DNA of 64,000 nt from Promethearchaeota archaeon (GTDB taxonomy: Archaea > Asgardarchaeota > Lokiarchaeia > Sigyniarchaeales > SOKP01), in contig JAFGOA010000187.1 of NCBI GenBank assembly GCA_016926735.1, positions 7,334 to 71,333 on the forward strand, written 5' to 3'. Under the pieces are notes generated by a model. It was given only the letters and a program-made list of their open reading frames with translations, was not told the origin of the DNA and ran no database searches. Position numbers and translations under genes: made by a program. The stretch's first letter is position 1, and each line of letters starts with the position of its first letter. This document shows, one piece after another, positions 1 through 11,130 of the stretch.

Positions 1-1
1 G

Positions 2-652
2 GGATCCGTTTTAAGATGGTTTAGAAATGAGTTTGGAGCCTATAATATATATGAAATTAAAGATAATTATGAGGAGCAAGAAGATCCTTATGATAAAATG
101 ACAGCATTAGCTGAAGAATCAACTATTGGAGCTGATGGGTTGTTATTAATACCCCATTTTGAAGGATCAATCGGTCCCTATAGAAATCCTCATTCAAAGG
201 GTGTGATATTTGGTTTTAATCTAAATCATACAATTAAGGATGTTTATAGGGCTATCCTTGAAGGTGTTGCTTTTGAAATTAGAAAAAATATTGAAATTTT
301 TAAAAAAATTGGAATAATTCCAAAAGGACTTAAATTATCTGGGGGTGCTTCTAGATCTAATCTATGGAATCAAATAACTGCTGATATAATAAATATTACA
401 TGTTCACGAAATATAATTGAAGAAGCTTCACCGTTGGGTGCAGCAATTTTAGGGTTTTCAGGAGCAGGTGTTTTTAAAGATATTACTGAATCTGCTCAGT
501 CTTTAAATAAAATTGATAAAAAGTATATCCCTGATGAAAAAAAAAATAACTTCTATAATCAACTTTATGAATTTTCATTAGATCTTTATAATTCTATTAA
601 TGAAAATAATCTATATCAAAAATTTGATGAAATAAAAACCATTAATGAATAA
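2..652 (+). CDS. FGGY-family carbohydrate kinase (xylulokinase-like), C-terminal part; 5' end outside window
   Basis: Frame is open from base 2 (GSVLRWFRNEFG). Contains FGGY_C motifs RAILEGVAF, SGGASRSNLWNQI and EASPLGAA. Confidence 0.85.
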   Translation, partial: GSVLRWFRNEFGAYNIYEIKDNYEEQEDPYDKMTALAEESTIGADGLLLIPHFEGSIGPYRNPHSKGVIFGFNLNHTIKDVYRAILEGVAFEIRKNIEIFKKIGIIPKGLKLSGGASRSNLWNQITADIINITCSRNIIEEASPLGAAILGFSGAGVFKDITESAQSLNKIDKKYIPDEKKNNFYNQLYEFSLDLYNSINENNLYQKFDEIKTINE

Positions 653-747
653 AATATAGAGTTATTAAATTATTATTTGATAAGATTAAGATTAAATATT
701 TAAAAATTATATTAATATTAAAATTTAAATTATATTGTGAAGAAAGA

Positions 748-1335
748 ATGAATGAACAATATTCTAATTATTCAAAAACACAAGTAAATGCTGCTAAGGG
801 TTTTTATATTGCAATAGTGATTTCATTGATTATTATTATTGCAGGAACTGTATGGTGGGTTGCTGATTTAATAAATCCTTCGGGAAAACTTTCAACGTTC
901 ATAGACTTAAATATATTCTACCAAATTGTAATCGTAGCTGGTTTTTTAGCAGGGTTTTTCTTTTTACTTGTTATTTTTATAGGGATATCGAAAAGAGGTA
1001 CAAAATCCTTATTACATGTCTTTTTCAATAAAATTGAAATAGAAGAACAATTAAAAAATAAGATCCACATAAAATTAGCTGCTGGAGGATTCTTAATCTG
1101 CGTTATCGCTATTTTTGTAAGTATTATTTTGGCAGTGATATACGATATTGTTGATGGAGCTGGAGCAACTTCAACATCTATAATTGAATACTTAAGCAAC
1201 ATTTCTGTTGGACTTTTAATTTTAAGTAGCGGTATTGGATTATTGATATGTATCGCAATTTGCCTTTTTATCATATACTTTTTAAAAAACGGATATTATC
1301 TTATTCTCAAGATTTTTGGAGGATTAAATAAATAA
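748..1335 (+). CDS. Hypothetical membrane protein, about 4 TM, with two-fold internal repeat
   Basis: Four hydrophobic segments. AAKGFYI...KRGTKSLLHVF resembles AAGGFLI...KNGYYLILKIF. Confidence 0.7.
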   Translation: MNEQYSNYSKTQVNAAKGFYIAIVISLIIIIAGTVWWVADLINPSGKLSTFIDLNIFYQIVIVAGFLAGFFFLLVIFIGISKRGTKSLLHVFFNKIEIEEQLKNKIHIKLAAGGFLICVIAIFVSIILAVIYDIVDGAGATSTSIIEYLSNISVGLLILSSGIGLLICIAICLFIIYFLKNGYYLILKIFGGLNK

Positions 1336-1471
1336 CTAATCTAATTTCTTCTTTTCTTTTATTAAAATTTCTTTAAATTAGAAAATCATAACAGTTCCTT
1401 TATTTTTATTAAAGATCATTTTCATATAATATTAAGTTAAAAAGCTCATCATCTTTAATAAGAAGAAGGAT

Positions 1472-2989
1472 ATGGATATTCAAATTGGCACAATTTTTAA
1501 TTATAATCAATTACCAGATGTGTCTTATTTTCCCTTTATTATTAATAAAAATAAAAAGACTATTGGTGTAAAAAAAGGTTTATTCGTTTGTACTGAATCT
1601 AAAGAAGGATTTTTAATAGGTATAATTGAAAAAATAATTCTTTTAAATGAATATTATTCAGATGCATTAACCATTAAGACTTATAATGATGATAAAAATA
1701 CAGATGTCCTAAAAGGATTATTTCCCAGTGAAGATTTTGAATTTGCATTAGCAATTGTTAAATGTTTAGGGATAATTGAATTTAATGATTCCACAAACAA
1801 AATAAGAAAAATTCATAGAATGACATATCCTGCTAATCCTGGAGGAAGTGTCTATTTTGTTGATGACAATATTATAAATGAATTTATTGGTATTGATATT
1901 AAAAATGGATTAAATTTAGGTGTTATTAAAGGATCTCATCTAAAAGCAATGGTTAATATTGATCGATTATTAAATAAACATTTCGCAATTCTTTCAATAT
2001 CTGGAGGTGGAAAAAGTTATCTTACTTCTATTTTAATAGAAGAATTATTATCAAAAAAGGATATGGTTCCATGTACAATATTAATTGATGTTCATGGAGA
2101 ATATTCTTATTTAAAAAAAATTAAAGATTTTACAAATTATATTGATATTCAAAATATAAGTTACTTTCAAATTGCTACTTCAAAAATATCTTCTTGGGCT
2201 TTTAAAAAATATCAACAACAAATTTCTCATGCTCAAGTAAGAGAATTATCAAAATATATCCAAAAATTAAATAAAAATGAGGATAAAAAAGGTAAATTTT
2301 CTTTATCAGATATTATTGAGCTTATTGAATCAGATACAGAAGGAAGTAAAAATACAAAACAAGCTCTAATTGGATGGCTCTCTGAGTTAGAACACTTACA
2401 TCTTTTTGGTCATATAGAAAATCCTAATTTAAAGAATTTAATAAAAAAAGGGAAATTGATTATATTTTCACTAGAGAATGAGACAAGTTTAAGAAAGAAG
2501 CAAATAATCATCGATTATTTATTTAATCGTTTATTTTCTCTTCGTAGAACAAATAAAATCCCTCCAATATTGTTAATTGTTGAAGAAGCTCATCAATTAT
2601 GCCCTGAAGCTTCTCAATCATCTGCAATTTCAAAAAGAATTATTGAAACAATAGCAAGAGAGGGGAGAAAATTTATGACCTGTCTTTGTTTAATAAGTCA
2701 ACGACCAAAAAAATTAAGTACAACAGCCCTATCACAAATGAATTCAAAAATGGTTTTAAATATTAAAAATCCTTATGATTTAAAACATTTAATGGATAGT
2801 TCAGAAGCAATTACAAAAGAAAATGCTAATATGATTTCCAGTTTAGGAGTAGGTGAAATGGTTTTAATGGGTAATGCTGTAAATTATCCAATCTTTATTG
2901 ATGTTAGAGAAAGAAACTTCAAATCAAATAATGAAAATTTATCACTTACAAATATATGTTTAAATTGGCAAGATAAAGATTTAAGTTGA
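1472..2989 (+). CDS. HerA/FtsK-like (DUF87) ATPase with N-terminal HAS-barrel-like region
   Basis: HFAILSISGGGKS Walker A, IDVHGEY, IVEEAH Walker B, IAREGRKF and ISQRP. Confidence 0.88.
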   Translation: MDIQIGTIFNYNQLPDVSYFPFIINKNKKTIGVKKGLFVCTESKEGFLIGIIEKIILLNEYYSDALTIKTYNDDKNTDVLKGLFPSEDFEFALAIVKCLGIIEFNDSTNKIRKIHRMTYPANPGGSVYFVDDNIINEFIGIDIKNGLNLGVIKGSHLKAMVNIDRLLNKHFAILSISGGGKSYLTSILIEELLSKKDMVPCTILIDVHGEYSYLKKIKDFTNYIDIQNISYFQIATSKISSWAFKKYQQQISHAQVRELSKYIQKLNKNEDKKGKFSLSDIIELIESDTEGSKNTKQALIGWLSELEHLHLFGHIENPNLKNLIKKGKLIIFSLENETSLRKKQIIIDYLFNRLFSLRRTNKIPPILLIVEEAHQLCPEASQSSAISKRIIETIAREGRKFMTCLCLISQRPKKLSTTALSQMNSKMVLNIKNPYDLKHLMDSSEAITKENANMISSLGVGEMVLMGNAVNYPIFIDVRERNFKSNNENLSLTNICLNWQDKDLS

Positions 2990-3247
2990 ATCAGAACCTT
3001 CTTTTTGATTAATAATTGAATTATCTTTATTAAATACAATCATATTTTTGCTTTTTGATACTCGAAAAACAGTTATAATATTATTGCTTTCCATCTTCAT
3101 AAAAATTTCTTCTAGATTATATGAATTAATGTATGGATATTCTTTTCTTAATAATTCTTCTATTCTTTTATCAAGGGCTTCTCCTTTATTATCAATTAGT
3201 ATATCTATAATTGAATTGATAATTGGTCTTTTATTCCATCTATCCAA
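2981..3247 (-). CDS. Small hypothetical protein, possibly winged helix
   Basis: 88-aa ORF with TTG start after GAGGT, downstream of cdc48. Helix-helix-beta-hairpin pattern. Confidence 0.55.
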   Translation of the reverse strand: MDRWNKRPIINSIIDILIDNKGEALDKRIEELLRKEYPYINSYNLEEIFMKMESNNIITVFRVSKSKNMIVFNKDNSIINQKEGSDST

Positions 3248-3344
3248 GTTTTTTACCTCGATTATAATAAATAAATTTTTTTTTTATATTTGAAAAATAA
3301 GGGATATTTTAATTCATGTTTGAAAATTAATTAATTTTTTGTAA

Positions 3345-5582
3345 CTAAACAAATAATCCTTCTTGTTTTTCATCTTTAATTTTTCTACGTTTTAGTTTAG
3401 TAGCAAATTCTTCATACCATTTCAAAATTTCTGGTGTTATTGCAGGATGTACTTCTTCTTTTGATTCTTTAAAATGTTCAATAGAGACTTTACGAGCTCT
3501 TACATTCTCCCTAAGTGCTGTCATAGCGGCTTCTCGACACCAAGTTTCTAAATCTGCTCCAGAAAACCCTTCTGTCATCTCTACTAATTCTCTTAACTCT
3601 ACATTCGTAGCTAATGGCATATCTTTACTAAAAATCCTTAAAATTTCTAATCTTTCATCCTTATTTGGAGGTGGAACAAATAAAATACGATCGATTCTTC
3701 CAGGTCTAATTAAGGCAGGATCCAGAATATCTGGTCTATTTGTAGCAGCTATTACTACTATATCTTTCATAACCTCAAGCCCATCTAATTCTGTTAAAAA
3801 TTGCGATAATACTTTTTCAGTTACTCCTGAATCAGATGTATATCGTCCTCTGGTTGGAGCAATGGAATCAAATTCATCAAAAAATATAATACATGGAGCC
3901 GCCATTTTTGCTTTTCTAAATACTTCTCGAATTGCTTTTTCACTTTCTCCAACCCATTTCGATAATAATTCTGGTCCTTTTATTGAAATAAAATTTGCTT
4001 TACTTTCAGTAGCAATTGCTCTAGCTAATAAGGTTTTACCGCAGCCTGGAGGACCATATAATAGAACTCCCTTAGGAGGATCAATTCCCATACGTTTAAA
4101 GATATTAGGGTGAGATAATGGCCAATCTACAGCTTCTAATAATTTTTGTTTTAGGTCTTCTAATCCTCCAACACGAGACCAGTTTACATTTGGTATTTCA
4201 ACAAACACCTCTCTAATCCCTGAAGGAAGTACTTCTTTAAGAGCTTGTTCGAAATCCTCTCTTGTTACTTGAATTTGTTCTAAGAGTTCTGGATCGATAA
4301 TTTCAGATTCTAAATCTATACTTGGTAAATATCTTCTTAAAGCGGACATCGCAGCTTCCCTGCACACAGCAGAAATATCTGCTCCTACAAATCCATGTGT
4401 GATTTGTGAAAAGTCTTTTATTAATAATATTTTATTGTCAAGTGGCATATTTCTGGTGTGAATTTGAAAGATCTCTCTTCTTCCTTTTTCATTTGGAACT
4501 TTAATTTCAATTTCTCTATCAAATCTTCCTGGTCTTCTTAAAGCAGAATCTAAGCTATTAGGCCTATTTGTAGCTCCAATAACTATAACTCTTCCACGAC
4601 TATGTAATCCATCCATTAATGCTAATAATTGAGCAACAACTCTTCTTTCTACTTCTCCTGTAACTGTCTCTCTTTTAGGTGCTATAGCATCGATTTCATC
4701 AATAAATATTATAGATGGGCTTTTTTCTTCTGCTTCTATAAATATTTTTCTTAATTTCTTTTCTGATTCCCCATAAAATTTGCTCATTATTTCTGGACCA
4801 TTTATAGAAATAAAATTAGCTTCACTTTCATTTGCAACAACTCTTGCGAGTAGTGTTTTACCGCATCCTGGTGGACCACGTAGCAAGACACCCTTTGGTG
4901 GATCAATTCCTAAGCGCTTAAATAATGATGGATGTCTGAGTGGTAACTCTACCATTTCTCGAACTCTTTGTATTTCACGATCTAATCCTCCTACATCTTC
5001 ATAAGTGATATAACTTGCACTTTTTTCTTCCTCCTCAGTTATATGTTCACTAATACTAAGGGTTGTCTCTTGTTTTATAATACATACTCCTTTAGGTCTA
5101 AGATTAATAACCTTGAATGTTATTTCTCTACTAATTCCAATAGAAATTAAAATAATATCATCTAAAGTTACTGGGTAATTGCTGAGTTTTCTTTTAACAA
5201 ATGTTTCAAATCGAGGATTACTTCTTATTCTTACACTTGCAGGGGCTAATACCACATTCTGGGCAATTATTGCTTCTACTTTCTGTATTTCTACAGTATC
5301 ATCTATACTTGTTCCAGTATTTTTTCTTAAACGAGAATCTACTCGAACAATTCCTAAACCATTATCTTGTGGATAACTAGGCCAAGCAATACCTGCACTT
5401 TCTTTTTTACCTCTAAGGGCGATAACATCACCTGTCTGAATATTTAATTCTTCCATTGTTTTTGGATCTATTCTTATGATATTCCGTCCTATATCTCTTT
5501 TCTTCGCTTTTTGAATTCGAAGAGTTACTTTTGGAAGCTCCTCGTTATCTTTCTTATTATCTTTACTATCAGAACTAGTCAT
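3345..5582 (-). CDS. cdc48: CDC48/p97/VAT double AAA+ ATPase
   Basis: N-domain plus two AAA modules (GPPGCGKT twice; IDEID and FDEFD; RPGRFDR and RPGRIDR). Hydrophobic C-terminal tail GLFV. Confidence 0.97.
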   Translation of the reverse strand: MTSSDSKDNKKDNEELPKVTLRIQKAKKRDIGRNIIRIDPKTMEELNIQTGDVIALRGKKESAGIAWPSYPQDNGLGIVRVDSRLRKNTGTSIDDTVEIQKVEAIIAQNVVLAPASVRIRSNPRFETFVKRKLSNYPVTLDDIILISIGISREITFKVINLRPKGVCIIKQETTLSISEHITEEEEKSASYITYEDVGGLDREIQRVREMVELPLRHPSLFKRLGIDPPKGVLLRGPPGCGKTLLARVVANESEANFISINGPEIMSKFYGESEKKLRKIFIEAEEKSPSIIFIDEIDAIAPKRETVTGEVERRVVAQLLALMDGLHSRGRVIVIGATNRPNSLDSALRRPGRFDREIEIKVPNEKGRREIFQIHTRNMPLDNKILLIKDFSQITHGFVGADISAVCREAAMSALRRYLPSIDLESEIIDPELLEQIQVTREDFEQALKEVLPSGIREVFVEIPNVNWSRVGGLEDLKQKLLEAVDWPLSHPNIFKRMGIDPPKGVLLYGPPGCGKTLLARAIATESKANFISIKGPELLSKWVGESEKAIREVFRKAKMAAPCIIFFDEFDSIAPTRGRYTSDSGVTEKVLSQFLTELDGLEVMKDIVVIAATNRPDILDPALIRPGRIDRILFVPPPNKDERLEILRIFSKDMPLATNVELRELVEMTEGFSGADLETWCREAAMTALRENVRARKVSIEHFKESKEEVHPAITPEILKWYEEFATKLKRRKIKDEKQEGLFV

Positions 5583-5667
5583 AAAAATTCTATTTATAGA
5601 AATATTTCTTTATAATTATTTAAAAACAATATTTTTGTAAAAATTTTTGTATTTTAATATAAAAATC

Positions 5668-5692
5668 AACCATCATTAAAATTATGATGGTT
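5668..5692. promoter_or_regulatory. Perfect 9-bp inverted repeat between fen1 end and cdc48 start
   Basis: AACCATCAT-TAAAATT-ATGATGGTT, about 90 bp upstream of cdc48. Operator or hairpin function is inferred. Confidence 0.4.
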
Positions 5693-5822
5693 CTATAAAT
5701 TGAAAGATAAAACCTATTTTAAAATCTATTTTTATCTTTATTTAATTTAATTCTATTAATTATTGACAATTAATAATTTTTAACTTATTTTTTATAAAAT
5801 TAAATCACTAAAATTATTTAAT

Positions 5823-6872
5823 TTAATGAAAAAATGAATCTAAAGATACTTGTTTTGATTTATCATCAAATTTCTTCAATCTTTCTAATGCATTTTCTAT
5901 TCTATTTTTAGAAAAATTATGTTGTTCAATCAGTAATTCTTCTATTTTATCATATAAAATTTTTTCCCATTTTAAAGCTGGATAATCTTTATTGATTTTT
6001 GGATATAGAAATATCTTTTTTACTTGGTCTATTAATTCAAGGTTTAAATTCTCTTTATTTTTAAGGATTACGTCCTTATTATTAAGGATATTCTCCAATG
6101 AATTATATTTTTTGATTAATTCTAGAGCTTTGTGTTGTCCAATTCCTTTTATACCTGGAAAAAAGTCATTCCCTATTAAAATTCCCATTTCAATCATTTG
6201 CTCTTTTGAAATACCAAAATGTTCTAAAACTTTTATAAGTGAGATATATTCGATATCTAAGGAAATTGTAGTATTTTTTATTTTCTTACTTCGACTAACT
6301 GCGAAATTTCGTAATAATCTTTTTCCACCAAATAAAAGAGTATCATAATCTTGGGAAGCACACGCCCAAGCATCACCATTTTGCACCATATATGCAGATT
6401 GAGCTTCTCCTTCTGATAATGCATCTATAATTGGAATTCCCATATATTTTATTAATTTTTTACTTTCTTCAATCATATTAGTATCTAATTTCGAGGTCAT
6501 CTGAGCAAATTTTTTTGCTTCTCTCATATCCCCTTTTTCCTGTGCTTCGACCATTTTGATTTGAGCTTCTTTCTTTATTTTTCTCCGTTCTTCTATAGTT
6601 TCCATTTTTAATATTGATGGCTTTCCGTCAAATACATAAATAGGTTTGATATTATGTTCTAAGAAATTGATAGATCTATAGAACAAGCCTGATAAATGAG
6701 AAGTTACATTTCCTTCAAAATCTTTTAGAGGAGTTCCATCTCTTTGTCTAATAATTGCTAAAAATTGATATATTGTATTAAATGCGTCAATTGCTATTTT
6801 TTTATTCAAAAGATTTTCAAAAGTAATTTTTCTTTTTACATCCTTAACTAAATCATTTATTTTTACTCCCAT
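5823..6872 (-). CDS. fen1: Flap endonuclease 1
   Basis: MGV start, AIDAFNTIYQFL, TSHLSGLFYR, EGEAQ, SQDYD, and C-terminal PIP box QVSLDSFF. Confidence 0.97.
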   Translation of the reverse strand: MGVKINDLVKDVKRKITFENLLNKKIAIDAFNTIYQFLAIIRQRDGTPLKDFEGNVTSHLSGLFYRSINFLEHNIKPIYVFDGKPSILKMETIEERRKIKKEAQIKMVEAQEKGDMREAKKFAQMTSKLDTNMIEESKKLIKYMGIPIIDALSEGEAQSAYMVQNGDAWACASQDYDTLLFGGKRLLRNFAVSRSKKIKNTTISLDIEYISLIKVLEHFGISKEQMIEMGILIGNDFFPGIKGIGQHKALELIKKYNSLENILNNKDVILKNKENLNLELIDQVKKIFLYPKINKDYPALKWEKILYDKIEELLIEQHNFSKNRIENALERLKKFDDKSKQVSLDSFFH

Positions 6873-6939
6873 TTAGAACACTTCAGATTAATATAATAAT
6901 AATAATAAATTCCTTTCTATTTATTTTAATGGATATCAA

Positions 6940-7497
6940 TTAATTTTTCTTTTCTCTTCTTTCTAATTTAGAACCACAAATCTCACAAATAAATTCTTTT
7001 GAGTTCACGACATTTCTGCATAGAGGACAAAAAATCTCAAAAATCTTTTTTTTCTTTATACCCTCTTTTATCAATGAAGAGAACGACAATCCTAATTCCA
7101 TGCATAAATTCTCCATTGTATAATCGTTAGTATATATGATAACTTTTGAATCAATGGTTTCCTTAATTTCTAAGGTTAAAGCTATTAATTTTAGATCTAC
7201 ATCAGATAATGATCTTAAAATATTTGTCTTTAAAGCAAGGTTTTTGATCTGATTAATATATTTTTCATTAGGTGTTTTTAATATCAGCTGATTTGAAGCT
7301 ATTGCACATTTAATTCTCTCAATAATATTTCTATTTTTGATAATATATCTATCCACTTCAATTTCATCTAATACTTCTTGAATTGTGTAAATATGACTTT
7401 TTATTACACTAAAATCAAACCCAGTTAAGAAAATATTTGTATCAAAAACCATTGAATTTTTTTTATCCTTCTCTGGGACTTTTATTGATTTATTCAT
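6940..7497 (-). CDS. nob1: Nob1-like PIN endoribonuclease with C-terminal zinc ribbon
   Basis: VFDTN, LSDVDLKLIAL, TNDYTMEN and CPLC...CEICGS. Confidence 0.9.
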   Translation of the reverse strand: MNKSIKVPEKDKKNSMVFDTNIFLTGFDFSVIKSHIYTIQEVLDEIEVDRYIIKNRNIIERIKCAIASNQLILKTPNEKYINQIKNLALKTNILRSLSDVDLKLIALTLEIKETIDSKVIIYTNDYTMENLCMELGLSFSSLIKEGIKKKKIFEIFCPLCRNVVNSKEFICEICGSKLERREKKN

Positions 7498-7544
7498 ATT
7501 AATTTGGATTAATAACGTTTTATCTATAAGTTTTGATACAAATG

Positions 7545-8459
7545 TTATTCTTCAGGTGAATCATCTAAAGGGAATCTTAGATTACCAATAATTTTCTTTC
7601 TTAATCGCTTATAATAATTCAAAGAAAGTGATGTCGAAAGACGTATAAATTTTGTGTAACATTTTGCTTCTCTTATTCTAATTTTTGAATTTGGTTGGAT
7701 TTCCCTAATTGTTGTTTGACCATCAATTACTATTTTTCCATTTAATCTTGGTCTTAATAACCTTATTTCTACTTCACTATTAATAGGTATAATTATAGGT
7801 TTTAATCCCGTACGAGCATATGGATTTAATTCTGTTATTTGCATAATATCTAATTTAGGAGACACAATTGATCCCCCAGCACTGAGATTATATGCCGTTG
7901 ATCCTGTAGACGTTGAAATGATCACTCCATCAAGATAACTTCTACTTATAAAAACACCATCAATTTTAATTGAAATTTGTAAAACTTTCGAAAATTTGGA
8001 CGAAATTATTAGGATCTCATTTAAAGCATTACCTAATCTTAATTCCTCCGAATTATTTTTAATTAAATAAGCTGTCAACTTAGAAACATTTTCTATTAGA
8101 TAATCACCTTTTAGTACTTTTTCTAAATCATTATATATCCTTTTTTCGAAAGTTTCATCAAGAAATCCTATAGATCCTATATTTACTCCTAAAATAGGAG
8201 GGGGATTTTTTTGAGATAATCCATTTACAACTCTGAGAACACTACCATCTCCTCCAATAATAATTATGAATTCTGAGTTATCTGCTGTTATATCTTCCAA
8301 ATCAATACTACTATGCGGCATTATTTTGGGAGCAATCCTTGTCTCCAGAAGAACTTCTTTACTTTTCTTTTTAGTTAAAAAATTAAAGATATTTCTTGCT
8401 AAATTCAAGGCACGCTCGGAATCCATCCTACATGCTATTGTGATAGGTTTTTTTTCCAT
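7545..8459 (-). CDS. nadK: NAD(+) kinase
   Basis: GGDG, GVNIGSIGFL, ALNE and DGVIISTSTGSTAYNLSAGG. Confidence 0.95.
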   Translation of the reverse strand: MEKKPITIACRMDSERALNLARNIFNFLTKKKSKEVLLETRIAPKIMPHSSIDLEDITADNSEFIIIIGGDGSVLRVVNGLSQKNPPPILGVNIGSIGFLDETFEKRIYNDLEKVLKGDYLIENVSKLTAYLIKNNSEELRLGNALNEILIISSKFSKVLQISIKIDGVFISRSYLDGVIISTSTGSTAYNLSAGGSIVSPKLDIMQITELNPYARTGLKPIIIPINSEVEIRLLRPRLNGKIVIDGQTTIREIQPNSKIRIREAKCYTKFIRLSTSLSLNYYKRLRKKIIGNLRFPLDDSPEE

Positions 8460-8556
8460 TCATCTCAAATATTTATTTTTAATCTTCCTTAAAAAATAGT
8501 AATTTAAAATAAAAATAAAATTTATGTTTTCGAAAAAACAGAAAAAGAAAATAACT

Positions 8557-8988
8557 CTATTTAGCTGCAAAAATTCTATTGATTAATGTTTTACCCGCTA
8601 GATTCCAATATTCTACTTGAGTTTGTGCCATTTCTGAAGGATTTTGCTGTAAATCTGATAATTTATTTTTCATTTCTTCATCTTTTGGCCAAGCTACATC
8701 AAAAGATTCATATGTTTCTAAATCCATAATATTAATAGTTACATCTTCAATAAAATTAATTTGAGCATTTCCTTTTATAATTTCTGGAACTTCTACCATA
8801 TGACCACTTGGAATGGTTAAAGAACGCTTATTATCATCAAAAACACCGACACATACAACACGAACTTTAGCATGTCCATGTTTTCCGGATTTACTCCGTT
8901 CTGTGCTCTTAATTATGCAAGCCTCATCTTCAACCATAATATAATTTCCAGTTTTTAACTTTTGTATTTCTTCTCTTCTGATTGAAAT
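8557..8988 (-). CDS. eif5a: Translation factor aIF5A, probable ATT start
   Basis: Hypusine motif SKSGKHGHAK. Frame extends upstream of ATG 8937 as (M)SIRREEIQKLKTGNYIMV, and ATT at 8988 lies 6 nt after AGGTGA. Confidence 0.93.
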   Translation of the reverse strand: MSIRREEIQKLKTGNYIMVEDEACIIKSTERSKSGKHGHAKVRVVCVGVFDDNKRSLTIPSGHMVEVPEIIKGNAQINFIEDVTINIMDLETYESFDVAWPKDEEMKNKLSDLQQNPSEMAQTQVEYWNLAGKTLINRIFAAK

Positions 8989-9247
8989 AATAATTCACCT
9001 ATCTTAAAATAAAAAAATTCCTTGATTTTATTTGAAAAATCCAATATTTTTTCTTTTTATTATAATCAAAATTAATAGTTATTCATATATTTTTTTAAAA
9101 AACATTTGAATTTTTCTCTCTGAAAAAAAATAATCCTTGCTTTTTTTGATTTGAATTTTTTAAAAATAATTTAAATAAATCTCCAAAAAAAGATTTATTT
9201 TAAAGAATTAATTAAATTAATTTAAAAATTAAATAACGCTGAATTTT

Positions 9248-10612
9248 ATGGTTTTAGAAAATCTTGGTAAATCATTAGACAATGCTATTCGTAAAATACG
9301 TAGATTACCTAAAATAGATAAGGATGCTATTAACGCACTCATTCAAGACTTACAGAGATCACTTCTACAAAGTGATGTAAAAGTTGAACTAGTGCTTGAA
9401 ATGACAGAAAATATAAAAAAAGAAGCAATGAATACAACACTTCAGAAAGCAAGCAGAAAAGAATTCATAATAAAGCTTGTTCATGATGAATTAATAAAAG
9501 TATTAGGAGGAAAGCCCGCTCCAATTAGAATTAATCCTAAAAAAAAAAATGTGATTTTATTAGTTGGAATTCAAGGTTCTGGAAAAACTACATCAATTGG
9601 TAAATTAGCACAATATTATAAAAGCAAAGGATTTAAAGTAGCAACATTAACGACAGATACGTGGAGACCTGGAGCTTATGAACAATTAATGCAATTAACC
9701 AAACAAATAGATGTAAAATGTTTTGGAGATCCAAATGAAAAAAATCCTCTAAAAATTGCAGTAAAAGAAACAAAAAAAGCATTGAATGAAGGTTTTGATG
9801 TTTTAATTGTTGATACCGCAGGTAGACATAAACAAGAAACGGAATTAATGGAAGAAATGATAAAAATTGAGAAAGTTCTTAAACCAAATGAAGTAATTTT
9901 GGTAATTGATGGGACATTAGGACAACAAGCATATTCACAAGCAAAAGAATTTTCAAAAGCAACAAATCTTGGAAGTATAATTGTAACTAAACTTGATGGT
10001 ACTGCAAAAGGAGGAGGAGCGCTTTCTGCATGTGCTGCAACCAACGTACCTATAAGATTTATCGGTGTTGGAGAAAAGATTGACGAATTAGAACAATTCA
10101 ATCCAACAACCTTTGTTGGAAGTTTATTAGGAGTTCCAGATATGGAAGGTCTTTTAGAAAGAGTTCAAGAGGCAGAAATTATGCCCGATTCTGAAGCAGT
10201 TAAACGCATGTTGAAAGGAAAATTTACCTTAGATGATCTTTGCACACAACTAAAATCTTTTAAAAAAATTGGAAAATTCAAACAAGTTATTGCTATGATG
10301 GGTGGGGGCAATATTCCAGATATAATGAAAGAGGATGCTGAGAAAAATATAGAAAAATGGGAAATTGTTTTAAATTCCATCACTCCTGAAGAAAAATTAC
10401 AGCCGGAAATTATCAAAAGATCAAGAAAGAAAAGAATTGCTATAGGTTCAGGTCAACCTTATTCTGTAATAAATAAAATGCTTGATCAATATCGTCAAAT
10501 GAAAAAAGTAATGAAAAATATGGCTCAAATGAGAAAAAAAGCAGGTAAAGGTAATTTACCTCCTGGATTTGATAAAATAATGAAGTCATTTGGTGGATTT
10601 GGTGGATTTTAA
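9248..10612 (+). CDS. srp54: Signal recognition particle protein SRP54
   Basis: GIQGSGKTT, DTWRPGA, DTAGRH, TKLDGTAKGGG and M-domain. Confidence 0.98.
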   Translation: MVLENLGKSLDNAIRKIRRLPKIDKDAINALIQDLQRSLLQSDVKVELVLEMTENIKKEAMNTTLQKASRKEFIIKLVHDELIKVLGGKPAPIRINPKKKNVILLVGIQGSGKTTSIGKLAQYYKSKGFKVATLTTDTWRPGAYEQLMQLTKQIDVKCFGDPNEKNPLKIAVKETKKALNEGFDVLIVDTAGRHKQETELMEEMIKIEKVLKPNEVILVIDGTLGQQAYSQAKEFSKATNLGSIIVTKLDGTAKGGGALSACAATNVPIRFIGVGEKIDELEQFNPTTFVGSLLGVPDMEGLLERVQEAEIMPDSEAVKRMLKGKFTLDDLCTQLKSFKKIGKFKQVIAMMGGGNIPDIMKEDAEKNIEKWEIVLNSITPEEKLQPEIIKRSRKKRIAIGSGQPYSVINKMLDQYRQMKKVMKNMAQMRKKAGKGNLPPGFDKIMKSFGGFGGF

Positions 10613-10687
10613 ATTAAATAGAATTTATGTATAGTAAATTAAAAAAAGAAGATATTTAGAACTATTTATTTCATTATATTTTTAAAA

Positions 10688-11023
10688 TTATCTTGGACCG
10701 CCACCCATAGAAGTAAAGTATTCAGAAGATTGAAATACATCTGCTGTTATTACATTATCACAATTTTTGCATGATAATAATGTTACTGGAAAAGCTCCAA
10801 TTTTATCAAAATACCTATTTGCAAATTTCAAAACCATTTTTGATCCCATTTTTGCAAAACTTTTTCCAAAAGGCATACATTCTGCTTGAATTTCTAAAAA
10901 AGTTCCAATTGCTTGTAATACTTTTTCTTTAAACTCTTGATCAAACTCTACTGGTTTTAAACTCAATTTTACATCAAGTTCATTATTACAATAAGGACAT
11001 AAGGGCATTATTTCTTCATTCAT
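10688..11023 (-). CDS. Small split zinc-ribbon hypothetical protein
   Basis: CPYC near the N-terminus and CKNC near the C-terminus, separated by a helical insert. Confidence 0.6.
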   Translation of the reverse strand: MNEEIMPLCPYCNNELDVKLSLKPVEFDQEFKEKVLQAIGTFLEIQAECMPFGKSFAKMGSKMVLKFANRYFDKIGAFPVTLLSCKNCDNVITADVFQSSEYFTSMGGGPR

Positions 11024-11130
11024 TTTATTATTTATTTTAAATATAAATATATCTAATTATACAGAATTGAATAAAATACTTATGCAATTATATCTTATTT
11101 TTTTAAAACTACTCTTTTTTTTGATGAAAA

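Noticed and set aside
3862-5376. Antisense and overlapping ORFs in cdc48, and similar ones throughout the track
   Set aside because: They are shadows of well-supported genes on the other strand or frame.
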